Source: Podarcis erhardii (lineage: Eukaryota). Taken from it: DNA of 64,000 bases. The notes beneath the pieces are model-generated. The model was given only the letters and a program-made list of their open reading frames with translations, was not told where the DNA came from and searched no databases. Made by a program: the position numbers and the translations under genes. The number at the start of each line of letters is the position of its first letter. Positions within the stretch are counted from its first letter, which is position 1. The stretch lies in NCBI GenBank assembly GCA_964252035.1, contig OZ176200.1; one strand, 5' to 3'. Of the stretch, positions 1 to 11,144 are shown piece after piece.

Positions 1-1210
1 AAGGTGTTGCTAGCAACAGGCGTTATTTTCCTGTTGTTTGGCAGGGGATTCAATGCAGGTTTGGAAAGCTGGGCTGCTTAAACAGAGCAGGATTTAACTC
101 CCACCGATGAGTAAATCCTGCTGCTTTGGCTGCCAATGCAGGATTTAACCCTGTTCACCCCACTCACTGGTGATACAGCTGATGGACAGAGTGACTTGGG
201 GGAAATGACAACGTGTACCAAAATGTGACCCTTTGCAGGCCAAGACTGAAATCCACAGTGTTTTGCAGTAATCTGATAGCAAAACACATATCCATATTAA
301 TCTACTGGATCTGGTAATGATAGTTTTCATATATTTTTCCTCTGTTTTTTTACATTTCGGCTGCAGACTGGAATGCTCATTGTCAATTATTTCCATTTGC
401 CTGCACAAACTGTTACGCTTAAATCATAGTTTTGCTTTATATGAAGAATATTGTGGTGGAAGTTGGTGCTAGGGGAGGCATTCTGAGAGTTTCCAGTGGC
501 ACTTCTCCCCACCCCCCATGAAAATAACAGGCACTAGCATGGGTAGAGGCAGAGAAGCAGATCCCCACCCGCGATCAAGTAAAACAATAGAAATATTTAA
601 CAAACTGACCAATCACATTGGTTCTGCCCCCCTAACAAAGGTCCTGCCCCCCCCAACAAGAATCCTGGCTATGCCCATGGGCAATAGGAACCTGATCTGG
701 ATTGGATCCTGTTATGAGGCAAGGCAGTAGAGGAGCTTTGACCCTTTGATCCTTTCTTACATTGCCAAGAAAGGATCAATATTTTGGTAATGCCAATTGT
801 AGGTGTGGTGGGCCAGATTGGGACCACAGCAGGGAGCAAAGACTTATATCCCCGGTACCCTCATGTCTCTGGTCCTCCTCAAGATCAGGTCCCTAGTGCC
901 TATACTATTCTGCTTCCCCGCCCCCATTGTTATGTGGAATGTGGCTTACATGAAACTGAAGCTTATTTATTCAAACGTGCATACTGGCATTTTAATGACA
1001 AAAAGAACTTTGAGAAATAATTTGGAAATATCTGCTCACAGTATCCATGCTTTTTAGAGCAGCCATTGATAAATGCCTCTTGCAGCCCAGCCTGATGAAT
1101 GATTCACTCAAAAGCAAGTCCTGCTCAGTTAAATAAGACTTAGCACCCTAGTGTGTGTACCTAGGACTACATACAGCCTTAATATCCCCTAAACTTTGCA
1201 TTATGTTTAA

Positions 1211-1287
1211 GACCTGGTAGCCAACAGAGTGTCTGGGAAAACCCTGCCAGATGGGCAGGGTATAAATAAATTAATAATAATAATAAC

Positions 1288-1343
<56 letters not shown>
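1211..1343 (+). repeat. L2 3'-end fragment plus (AAT)n microsatellite
   Basis: CCAGATGGGCAGGGTATAAATAAA followed by about 23 AAT units. Confidence 0.8.
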
Positions 1344-1345
<2 letters not shown>

Positions 1346-1382
1346 TGCTGCTAAAGCTCTTGTAGTTGCTCTTTCATTTCAG

Positions 1383-1507
1383 AATAAAATGCAAGAATTG
1401 TCTTCACTGGCTGTAGAAAGTAGCGACAGTAACCATTCCATTTGGTTTGGCCATTATCCCACCTCAGCAATTGTCTCTACATCCCCAGGAATACGAACGG
1501 CAATGCG
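1383..1507 (+). CDS. TMEM62: TMEM62 coding exon (first in window; metallophosphoesterase domain)
   Basis: tttcag acceptor, gtaata donor. Translates NKMQELSSLAVESSDSNHSIWFGHYPTSAIVSTSPGIRTAM, matching recalled human KKMEELLLLAKESSRSNHTIWFGHFTTSTILSPSPGIRSIM. 125 nt. Confidence 0.93.
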
Positions 1508-1633
1508 GTAATATTTCTTTTCCTTTCTGGTGCAAATGTATTAATGTTTTTCAGCTGCTGTTGTTATTAATTGGCTACAGGTTAGTATTTCTTCTCCAAA
1601 ATTGACAATAATCCTTCATGTTTCTTCTGTTAG

Positions 1634-1756
1634 CTCTGCCACAGCATATTTATGTGGGCATTTCCATACGCTGGGTGGTCTGATGCCAGCTCTATATACT
1701 CGCCATCATCACGGAACTCTAGAGCTGGAACTGGGAGACTGGAAAGATAGCAGGAA
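1634..1756 (+). CDS. TMEM62: TMEM62 coding exon with GHxH metallophosphoesterase motif
   Basis: tgttag acceptor, gtaaga donor. SATAYLCGHFHTLGGLMPALYTRHHHGTLELELGDWKDSR (human SAIAYLCGHLHTLGGLMPVLHTRH). 123 nt, phase consistent. Confidence 0.95.
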
Positions 1757-1806
1757 GTAAGAAAATTTGTGCTTTGGCCTTTTTTATAGTACTGTTCTTA
1801 TAGCAA

Positions 1807-1865
1807 TGTAAAAAGCCGCCCAGAGTGGCTGGGGAAACCCAGCCAGATGGGCGGGGTACAAATAA

Positions 1866-1911
<46 letters not shown>
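1807..1911 (+). repeat. L2 3'-end fragment plus (TTA)n microsatellite
   Basis: GCCGCCCAGAGTGGCTGGGGAAACCCAGCCAGATGGGCGGGGTACAAATAAA then (TTA)n. Confidence 0.8.
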
Positions 1912-1912
<1 letters not shown>

Positions 1913-2385
1913 CAGTGCCAATGTCATTTTAGCTGATTCAGAATGAATCTCTCCACTGGGATGATGGTGATAAAAATGGATGGCGATTCAAATGTGGGTG
2001 AAGGAGAACCAGGCATTGTTAGTGCAGGGGTATGGGAAAGCAATCCAGGGAGGCCACAGTACCTTCATATTGCCAGGATTCAAACTCAGCTTGTTTTTCC
2101 ACACCCATCTCACAGTTGCATCCAAGCAGCTGTGACAAAAGCAGTACTTTGTGTTTAGAGTTGTCACACTGCTCTATATTGTTATCACTTTTTTGCATGT
2201 TTGACAATTCTAGATGAAGAAATTCTGACCGGTGCAAGGCATCAGCTGTGCATCAAAAATGGATTAAGTGGAAGCAGAGGAAATTGGAAAAATCAGTAAA
2301 ACGTATCACCAGGCAGTATAAATCTTCTGTCCTTAGGATGTTATTTGTTAACCAAAAGTGTACTGTTTTGATTGCTGAACATCAG

Positions 2386-2541
2386 GTACAGGATCCTTGC
2401 TTTTGATCACGATCTCTTCAGCTTTGCTGACCTGAAGTTTGAAGAATGGCCTGTGGTTCTTATCACCAATCCCAAATCATTCCTTTATAGTAGTGCTGCT
2501 CATGAACCGCTGCAGAGAATCCTTCACTCCACCCACATCCG
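2386..2541 (+). CDS. TMEM62: TMEM62 coding exon
   Basis: catcag acceptor, gtaatc donor. YRILAFDHDLFSFADLKFEEWPVVLITNPKSFLYSSAAHEPLQRILHSTHI. 156 nt. Confidence 0.96.
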
Positions 2542-2830
2542 GTAATCTGATGTATCTTTGCTACTTCTAAACTTTTTTTAAAAAAAAAATTCTTGCGCAA
2601 ATGTGACCAGACAGACATTAACACGGCAAATGCTGTCGATTTTGAATGCATTGTAAAAGATGTTCAACAGGCCACATTGTGTGTGCTGTTAAATGGGTTA
2701 ACAATCTCTTACGTTAACAATAATTTTTAAAAGGAACATCCCGTTCTACAGCAAAGTAGAACAGCAAAGTCAATCCAGTAATTTCTGCCTCACCCACTAT
2801 AGTATGCCTCAACTGAGAAATCATTTATAC

Positions 2831-2966
2831 CAGGCATCCCCAACCTTCGGCCCTCCAGATGTTTTGGACTACAGTTCCCATCATCCCTGACCACTGGTCC
2901 TGTTAGCTAGGGATCGTGGGAATTGTAAGCCAAAACATCTGGAGGGCCGCAGGTCGGAGATGCCTG
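2831..2966. mobile_element. Palindromic hAT-type MITE
   Basis: TIRs CAGGCATC../..GATGCCTG. Nearly the whole element folds back. Perfect 8-bp TSD ATTTATAC at 2823-2830 and 2967-2974. Confidence 0.9.
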
Positions 2967-3058
2967 ATTTATACAGTACATGATCATTTTTATTTTACGC
3001 TTACAAGTGCTATATCTTAACAAGTTCCATGATATACTGGTTTATTTCTTTTACTTAG

Positions 3059-3218
3059 AATTTTGGCATTCTCTCCTTCTCCTATCAAGTTTGTCAAGGT
3101 CAGCATTGATGGCATTCATCTGGGGAATGCTGTTCATGTTTCTGGACCTCTCTATGTACTGAAATGGGCCCCTCAGAACTACAGGGAAGGGTTTCATCAG
3201 ATAGAAGTGGCAGTTCAG
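3059..3218 (+). CDS. TMEM62: TMEM62 coding exon (Ig-like region)
   Basis: acttag acceptor, gtgagg donor. ILAFSPSPIKFVKVSIDGIHLGNAVHVSGPLYVLKWAPQNYREGFHQIEVAVQ. 160 nt. Confidence 0.95.
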
Positions 3219-4509
3219 GTGAGGTCTCTGCTGATGCTTATAAATGTATCATACATTTTATAGCATTCAAACTACTGGGGGGGAAATGTATTTAAGAGCA
3301 AGTTGTTGCTTGGAAGAGCAAGGTCAATCCCTGTTCATCCGTGATTACTTATTGATTGATGCCGGGCAAATTATTATTTCTCATCCTCATTAAAATGAAG
3401 GCAGTATAAATACCACAGAGTTATTCTAGATGACAGAGAGCAAGAATATATAATGGCTTTTGTGTATTTTATGCTTGCTTTCCCAGTATTTATGACTCTC
3501 CCTGGTAGTGTAACCAAAGAAATGGAAGGTGAGGCTATGCAAATAGAAGCAGGGTTATGTCTAATGTCGCAGAAGTTGGAAGTGGATTTAGACGTCCCCC
3601 ATAATGCTGTAGTTAAGTTTGAAGAACCCCTGGGCCCAGCCCAATGATCTTACTAATTATCAGTTAGGGTCGTGAGCTGTTTAGAGTCCTTTTATGCAAG
3701 AGGTAATTCTTATGATCTGGAGATTAGGCTCATTTATTTATTTATTTTAAAAATAAATGCAGAACCATAAAATATCAAGGCAGTGTGCAATAAAATACAG
3801 GGGGGGGGCAGGTAAACCCCACCCCACATAATCAATCACAAGACACGTGCACCATTTAAATGGCAATGCCCATCAACGGGGGGGCAGCCCCCTCAAATAT
3901 TTTATTGGGGGGGGGGCAAAAGAACCTCGGCCCTTAGGAATTGGCTCCTACACTCAGAGCCAAATGCAGCACTGTCGAGTGATATTGCTTTTGTGGCCAG
4001 ACCCAGAGGCATTCTGGCTGAGGTAAGTTGGTGGCCACTTCAGCCATGTGGCCCAGTGCCCCTCTCAGTACCAGTCCTAAAATAATGAGATACTATTAAT
4101 AGGTGCCAATGTTGGCAATGGTGGGCACTCTTGAGTCCTTGGGCGTTGGTACTTGCTCAAGAACGCTGGTGTCATCCCTGCTTCATATAGACTCCTTTCA
4201 ATTTTCTTCTACAACGATCGCCATATCTGGCAAAAAAATAAAATAACTGTGCTTGGGAATACTTTGCAGTGAAGGTGAAATCTATCCACTGCCCACGACA
4301 TGGGATGCCCAAACCATCACTGGCTGTGATCCCAGGTTCCCTGCAATATGCATACCTGCCCTCCCATTCACATGTGCATGTTTACACACACACCACACCA
4401 CACCACACCACACCACAGAATGATGGGCTTTTCACTAGTAAAGATGTTGAGTTGTTTTGCTATCACACATTAGAAAGTCTTGTTCATTTCTTTGTGTTCC
4501 CATATTTAG

Positions 4510-4623
4510 GATGCCAGTAATAGGAATGCCACTCGGCTTCATACGTTTGCTATGGAGGAAAACCTCTCCCTCACATTTAACCTTCTGGCATCTTGGGTGC
4601 TTCTTACTGACCTCTATGTATTG
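4510..4623 (+). CDS. TMEM62: TMEM62 coding exon
   Basis: atttag acceptor, gtgagt donor. DASNRNATRLHTFAMEENLSLTFNLLASWVLLTDLYVL (human DSAGRSKSVHHIFSVQENNHLSFDPLASFILRTDHYIM). 114 nt. Confidence 0.9.
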
Positions 4624-5113
4624 GTGAGTATTCCAGAGGGGGAAAGAGTGAGTGAGTTATGTGTGGACAGAAGTTTCTTTAACACACTTCGCCAGCAACT
4701 GCTTTTTTTGGCAGTTTGCAACAGCCGACAATAAAAAAATAAAGGTAACAAAATCAGCTAAAACAATGTAGAAAATAAAAGGGTACAAAATACACGGGAG
4801 CCTTAATGCATCCCAAAGCGTTTTGGGTAAGAAAAGTTTTGCATCCTTTCCAGAGTCCTTGTGGCACTATTTTAAAAGATTAAAATTCATGGAAAACATC
4901 ACTATGCTGGATTTGACTTTTGCTGTGGGTGCGTGCGATCAGGAGATCCCTCTTGATCCTTTAGTATTTTTTTGGTCTGTTGCCTTCAGTGATTCCCAAA
5001 TGGTGGTAAATAAATTTTATTCTCCCACCACATTATGAGAGATCAATATTGTGGGGGCTGTGTTTGGCTTACTAAATATATTTTTTTTAAAAATTGTCTT
5101 CTTTCTTTTTCAG

Positions 5114-5198
5114 GTTCGAGTAGTGTTTGTACTAATGGTTGTAGTTCAAATTGCCTTGTTGGTTATTTTCCGGTATCGAGGAAAGCCTACACTTAAAA
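5114..5198 (+). CDS. TMEM62: TMEM62 coding exon (transmembrane segment)
   Basis: tttcag acceptor, gtaaga donor. VRVVFVLMVVVQIALLVIFRYRGKPTLK. 85 nt. Confidence 0.93.
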
Positions 5199-5644
5199 GT
5201 AAGAGAAATACTTTTTCTTGAACACAATTTTGATCCTTCCTTACCTTTCTTCTTTTTCTTTAAGCACCGGTACTTAAAACAAAGCAAATGCACCAGTGTG
5301 ATTTGCAGATTGATTCTACCCCTGCCCCTTTAAAAAGAATCTAATAACCTCTGTAGGCTGAGTATTCTATTCTTCAAAAGATAGATACCAATGAACAGCT
5401 AAATTGTGGTTTGGTTTGAAAATGTCAAACATCTCAAAGACTTCAGGAATACGTGTCCATACATCTTGGATGGATTTTGGGCGCAATCCACCGGGAAGTT
5501 TTCTCGCACCACATCCCATTGATTTCAGCGAATGAATCTGTCCTTTGATGGTGCTGTAAATGTATCACTTTGTAAAAAGTTACTGCATTTCTGTTTTTAA
5601 AAGTAGGGGACTTCAAGTTAAAAGTTTTTTCTTTTTCTTTTTAG

Positions 5645-5749
5645 GACCTCTGGGCAGAGCAATGAGGGCTTCTTTTTCTCTTCACATCTTGAGCAAAATC
5701 AACTTTTTCTACCACTCATTTCTCCTGTTGAGCTTCTATACTCTTCTGG
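5645..5749 (+). CDS. TMEM62: TMEM62 coding exon
   Basis: ttttag acceptor, gtaaga donor. PLGRAMRASFSLHILSKINFFYHSFLLLSFYTLL. 105 nt. Confidence 0.93.
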
Positions 5750-5823
5750 GTAAGATGCAAGCAGGCACAGCGAGTTCATGGGCATGCCAATAGAGCTTCT
5801 AGCTCAAAATCCTCAATTAACTA

Positions 5824-6083
5824 CCGTATTTTTCGCTCTATAAGACACACCAGACCATAAGACGCACCCAGTTTTCGGGGGAGGAAAACAAGAAAAAAAA
5901 ATATTGGCTATCCCAGAAGCCAGAACAGCAAGAGGGATCGCTGCGCAGCAAAAGCAACATTCCCTCTTGCTGTTCTGGCTTCTGGGACAGCTACACAGCC
6001 TGCATTCGTTCCATAGGACGCACACACATTTCCCCTTACTTTTTAGGAGGGGAAAAGTGTGTCTTATAGAGCAAAAAATACGG
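5824..6083. mobile_element. Tc1/mariner(pogo)-type MITE with internal hairpin
   Basis: 23-bp TIR CCGTATTTTTCGCTCTATAAGAC with 1 mismatch. TA TSDs at 5822-5823 and 6084-6085. Confidence 0.88.
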
Positions 6084-6965
6084 TAAATAACGGCTTGTTT
6101 AACTAAATAACGGCTTGTTGTTTTTAAAAAAACTATGCATTTGCATTCTGTAAAATTTATAATTCAACTCTTAACGTGGGGCAGAAAACATCAAGCTTGC
6201 CTGAATAGTGATGACAAATAACTTGTAAATTTCAGGAGATAATTTGTTAGGCATCACATAGGAATGTTTTCATATTTGGCAAGCTACAGGTTTTTGTAAG
6301 AGGCATTGAATAACAATCCCAAGATAACTGCGTAATGCTGCTGAGAGGCACCCAGCAAGTCCTTGTGCTACCAGTGCTGCCCAAAACAATGCTAGTTCTT
6401 AGAAATTAAACAATGCAGTGCAAGTTGAGCAGTGCTTTTAAAAATGTGCACATTTCAGCCCTTATTGCTACAGTGTACTGTTTTAAGATTTAGCACTTCT
6501 AATTTCGCAAAGTTGTTTACAGATTCGGCCACTCTTGAGTGACTTGCCTACAGTCTATGACAGAGGTGGGGCACAACCCAGGTTTCCTAGATCCAAGTCC
6601 AGCTTTCTAGTTACTTGATCACAGTCGCACTTAAGAAATGTCTGAAAAAATACTCATCTCCCACCTTTCCTTGTGCAGTTCAAGGAAGCTCACCCACGTC
6701 ATGCAATGCAATAAAATTAAGGATTCTATTTTCTGCCTAAATTATAAATCTAACAAAATCTAACCTCTAACAATATGTCACTGCTTATCAGTTGCATTAT
6801 TTACACCAATACCTTACCTGGCTATCTGTTTTTGTTGTCATGACTTGTTTTGACGGATATTGGACAAAAAATTTTTTTCCTTGAGACGGAGATTTGGGGG
6901 CTAGGTAGGCTAGATTACAAGTTGTTCTTGTCTCCTTCAGTCTAATGCACTTTTCTTCTCTATAG

Positions 6966-7084
6966 GGCCCTGGTTTATTGGTGACATTATAGATGGACAT
7001 CTGGGCGCCTGCTTTTCCTTTGGAGTAATTGTTGATGGCCATTTCTTTGAAGGCAGTACAACCTTCCTTGTTGGAATTATGCAG
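6966..7084 (+). CDS. TMEM62: TMEM62 coding exon
   Basis: ctatag acceptor, gtagga donor. PWFIGDIIDGHLGACFSFGVIVDGHFFEGSTTFLVGIMQ. 119 nt. Confidence 0.95.
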
Positions 7085-7289
7085 GTAGGATTCTTAGAAA
7101 ACTGGTTAACAAATAGCCTCTTGTTTGATGTTTTTTGAAACATCTCATTTGAAAGAAAGGTGGTCAACCTAAATATTTGTTTTGAGGGGAAAATGAATAT
7201 GCTATGTTTTAAGCAATAAATCTAATAGACTAGGGCATTTTATGTGTTATTATCATAGTTGGAGTTGTTCCTGGAAACTAATAGGAAGC

Positions 7290-7640
7290 CAGTGTAACTT
7301 GCAAACATCAAAGTAACATGCTCCATGAATTGGATCCCAGCTGAAGTTTCCAAACATTTCTTTAAGGGCAGCCTCATGTAAAGCACATTGCAGCAATCCA
7401 TCATTGTTATCATCATCATCATCCAGCCTGGATGCAAACTAGGCATGTACAACTGTAGCCTGATCTGCCTTTTCCTGGAAAAGGGAGTATTGTAAGGCAA
7501 CAATCTCTTAACATGTTTTTCAAAATGTCTTTGCATCCCTTCTTGATGGAACTGCTGCATTCTGCAGGAAAGCACCCACTCAGCTGTCCTGTGTGTGTCT
7601 TTGGGGGATCACAGAATTGCACAAAATGCAAGGCAAAATG
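7290..7640 (-). mobile_element. Degenerate L2 LINE remnant in the last TMEM62 intron
   Basis: Frameshifted peptide pieces (LYMRLPLK, LPF..DQATVVHA-like) resemble the L2 copy at 38450-38580. Confidence 0.55.
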
Positions 7641-7806
7641 ATGGTGGTATTGTCTAGAGACAACTAAGCAGAGTCTGGAATGGTTTCAAATGGGATGGGG
7701 GGCCATGTGTTGAGATTCTTCCATTGCAGGGGATTGAAGTAGACGGCCCTTGGGGTCCCTTCCAGCTGAATGATTCTATGGACCTATATCTATTTTGTCT
7801 TGGCAG

Positions 7807-8124
7807 GTGGCATTCTTTAACTTACCATTGATGGCATATACATGTTGGTGTCTATTGCTGCGTTGCCAAGGATATGGCTTTGGCTACTATCTGCGTCATG
7901 CCAAACAGTGGCCCATCCACCTCAGTATGGCACTCCTGTTTTTGTGGCAGGTCTATTCCTGCTATTTCCTGTTGAAGACATATGGAACTGTGGCTTTCTT
8001 CTTATCTCCACTGAGAATGTGGACTGTGGGCCTAACCCTCTTTCTGGTCTACAGAACCTGGACATTGCAGTCTTCTATGCTGAGAAGCTATATTGTTGAA
8101 ATGAAGAATGCACAAAGTTCTTAA
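7807..8124 (+). CDS. TMEM62: TMEM62 last coding exon (stop TAA at 8122-8124)
   Basis: tggcag acceptor. VAFFNLPLMAYTCWCLLLRC...WQVYSCYFLLKTYGTVAFFLSPLRMW...MKNAQSS*. The nine exons sum to 1305 nt with all phases consistent. Confidence 0.96.
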   Translation: MAFFNLPLMAYTCWCLLLRCQGYGFGYYLRHAKQWPIHLSMALLFLWQVYSCYFLLKTYGTVAFFLSPLRMWTVGLTLFLVYRTWTLQSSMLRSYIVEMKNAQSS

Positions 8125-8832
8125 TAGGCTGCTTTTCGGGCAACTGAAGTACCATTTCACTTGAATTGTTAAGTGGTGAAGCTGTGAACTGCAGGTCTGT
8201 GTAGATGCTATCTCTGCAGCCTGAACAAGTGAATGTGGAGGCTTGGAGCTGCCCCTAATTTATTTCCGAACTGCGGCATAATAGGGTGTTCAGTTACACA
8301 AAGCTGTAAAGGGATCCGTAATGTCTTTCCCAGGAGCTGCTTCCTTATTACATTTGTAATTTTGTTTTGAATTGCTGTCACCTTCATGTTGAATGAAGTT
8401 CTCAAATGGAATATTGTAATGGAATACAATTGCTTCTACTTTTCGTTTATATCTGGCGCATAATACCTGTGTTTATATAAGGTGCTCTGGAAGCACACAC
8501 TGTTATGGATTTGGCCAGAACAATCATATTACTTATATACCCATATGTTGTATTGACCACAGTTTAAAGCACTTTTTTGTTTTTGTTTTGGTTTGGTTTT
8601 CTTCACCTTCTGCACTTTTACTTCCCCGCTGAAATTTTAAATGATTTTTTATTTTTTAAAAAAAGAAAGGAAGATGCAAGCTAGAGTCTAGAAGCAAAGC
8701 TTCAGGCTGGGAAGCGAGATAGTCAGAGGGATATTTGATTTCTGTTTTAATCCAAGGCTGCTTCTATGGGGGAAGTAAAGCCCTCTTGGGGTGTTCATGC
8801 TGTGAACCCCTCCATTATAGGCTCAGGTTGTA

Positions 8833-8838
8833 AATAAA
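8833..8838 (+). terminator. Candidate TMEM62 polyadenylation signal AATAAA
   Basis: First AATAAA I found on + after the TMEM62 stop, about 710 nt downstream. Confidence 0.5.
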
Positions 8839-10776
8839 CCATATATCATAAAGACACCACAGTCTCTGCTGTGCCTCATTCCGAAAGGAAACACGAACTC
8901 CTCGGTAAGCTCCTAGAAAGTGCAACAATACAAACAATTTCTTCATGTTGCCACAACTTTTATTTGGATATTTAGTGACAAAGCCAGATCTAGACACAAC
9001 CTGATTCTTTAAGGACAGCATGTCGCCATCTAGAATAGACTGAACTCCACTTCCCTGAGCAAATGCATCACTTATCCGTAGCACCTCTGTCTTGCTAACA
9101 TTAAGTTTGTGTGTTGGCCCTGATCCAGCTCATCACTGATTTTGCACTTCTGCTACGTCACTTTAATAAGCTGAGAATGAAAACTAGAGTTAGAGGTCAT
9201 CTGCATGCTAGTGACCCTTCAAACCAAATCACTGAATGACCTATTCAAGCAGCTTCCTATTGAAGTTAAAAAGCCCTGGGAGTTGCTATATTGGGGGGGG
9301 GGGGAATTAATCCTGTGAACACTGGCGGAATCTTAATGCATGCTCACTTCGAGGAGTACATGAAATCGTAAATTAAGTGGTATTTCGTACGCAATTTTGA
9401 AATAATGCAAACTTCATACACCCCTGGCTCTCCACACATGTACATACAGCACACTAGACATGCAGTCTCAATTCATATATAAACACTCATACATATGTTC
9501 TTTTGGCACATTTCCAGCCCTCCAGGAGTGGGGTAAGAGTAGCTGGAAATTGCACCTTTTATTTTGTACAGATCAGTCTATGCAAAACATCCCTCTGGTT
9601 GCCCTTTATAAAGCATCTTTCTCAAAATAAAACAGAGCATTCAGACACGTGTCACCTCCAGTCGCAAGGCTAAGCACCACCGCTCTGCCTCCCCCCTGCT
9701 TTCTCTTTAAGAGTAAATGACAGCTCCCCTCCCATAGCTCTGGAATGAGGTTAGGGGGAAAATGCTGCCTTTTATCTCTTAGCTCTCTGCTGAGATTAGA
9801 AATATAATATCAGTCTTGACTGCTCCATCAAAATCCACTCTTACGAGGCAGTCAGAGGGATGTTTTATCTCCTGAGCAGAAGATAAAGCACTTTGTCTGC
9901 TCTTTAAAGATCACACTACAGAACAGACAGAGTTTTTATCACCCGATCAAAGCAGGAGATAAAGTTGCAGGGGAGGCTTGGCTGGTTTGAGTCAGGCTCC
10001 CCTCGCTATAAGCAAATATCAATGTGTGTTATTTAGTTCTTCCCCTATTACTCAAATGGTTGTTTAGGCTGCCACTACTATAGTATTGGGCACTGGTGTT
10101 CCTGCAAAAGGCCTCAAGAGTAAGAATCCTTTCAAAAATTCACAATGCACAAAAAGGCTGTTTGCTCTTCTTACTGAGTTTGTTTGTAGTGGCTCAGCCT
10201 CTCCCTTAAATGTTTCCATATTCCACCGGATGCCAAGAGTAGACACCCATCCGCCATATGTTCTGAACAGAGGAGAGGTACACAGGTGTGGCAGCAGCTG
10301 AGATAAGTAGCTCTTTCCCGTTGGTGGGGGAGGAATGCCTTCACTATATGGGGACACTGACTTTTCCACCCTTGTCTTTTTGCATGTGGCAGCCATTTTG
10401 TGTTATGCCCCTACAGCACTTTCTCAAAATTCCCACTCTGCCTACTGCCCCCCCCCCCCCAAGTGGGCAACCTCTGAAAGTTGTCTTGTTTTCGAAGATG
10501 TTATCAACAGTTATTTTATTACAATTTATTATGTTAGTTGATTTCTACCCAAAAAAAGTCCCAAAACAATGCAAGATAGAGTACAGACAATGTTGAAAAG
10601 CAGAAAATTTAAAACCACAATAAAAATTCCTAACAAGCTCATCCAGGAATACACCTAGAAAGGTAAGTCCTATCCCACCAAAAGATGAGCCCCATAGTAG
10701 AGACTAAACTGCACAGCTGTATTCCTGTTACATTTATATATACTTTGGCACAGTATTAATACCCATAGAAAGAACC

Positions 10777-11144
10777 TAAAGGTAAAGGTAAAGGTACCCC
10801 TGACCATTAGGGTCCAGTCACGGATGACTCTGGGGTTGCATGCTCATCTCGCTCTATAGGCGGAGGGAGCCGGTGTTTGTCCGCAGACAGCTTTCAGGTC
10901 ATGTGGCCAGCATGACTAAGCCACTTCTGGCAAAACCAGAGCAGCGCACGGAAACGCCGTTTACCTTCCCGCTGGAGCAGTACCTATTTATCTACTTGCA
11001 CTTTGACGTGCTTTCGAACTGCTAGGTGGGCAGGAGCTGGGACTGAACAACGGGAGCTCACCCTGTTGCGGGGATTTGAACTGCCAACCTTCTGATCGAC
11101 AAACCCTAGGCTCTGTGGTTTAGACCACAGCGCCACCCGCATCC
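10777..11144 (-). mobile_element. Sauria SINE (long subtype)
   Basis: On minus: tRNA-like head GGATGCGGGTGGCGCTGTGG, B-box-like GTTCAAATCC, (ACCTTT)3 tail. Confidence 0.93.

Noticed and set aside
1-1382. Additional upstream TMEM62 exon
   Set aside because: I found no sequence matching the expected preceding exon (..NYSFICVDAT..NFFGILD), so it must lie before the window.
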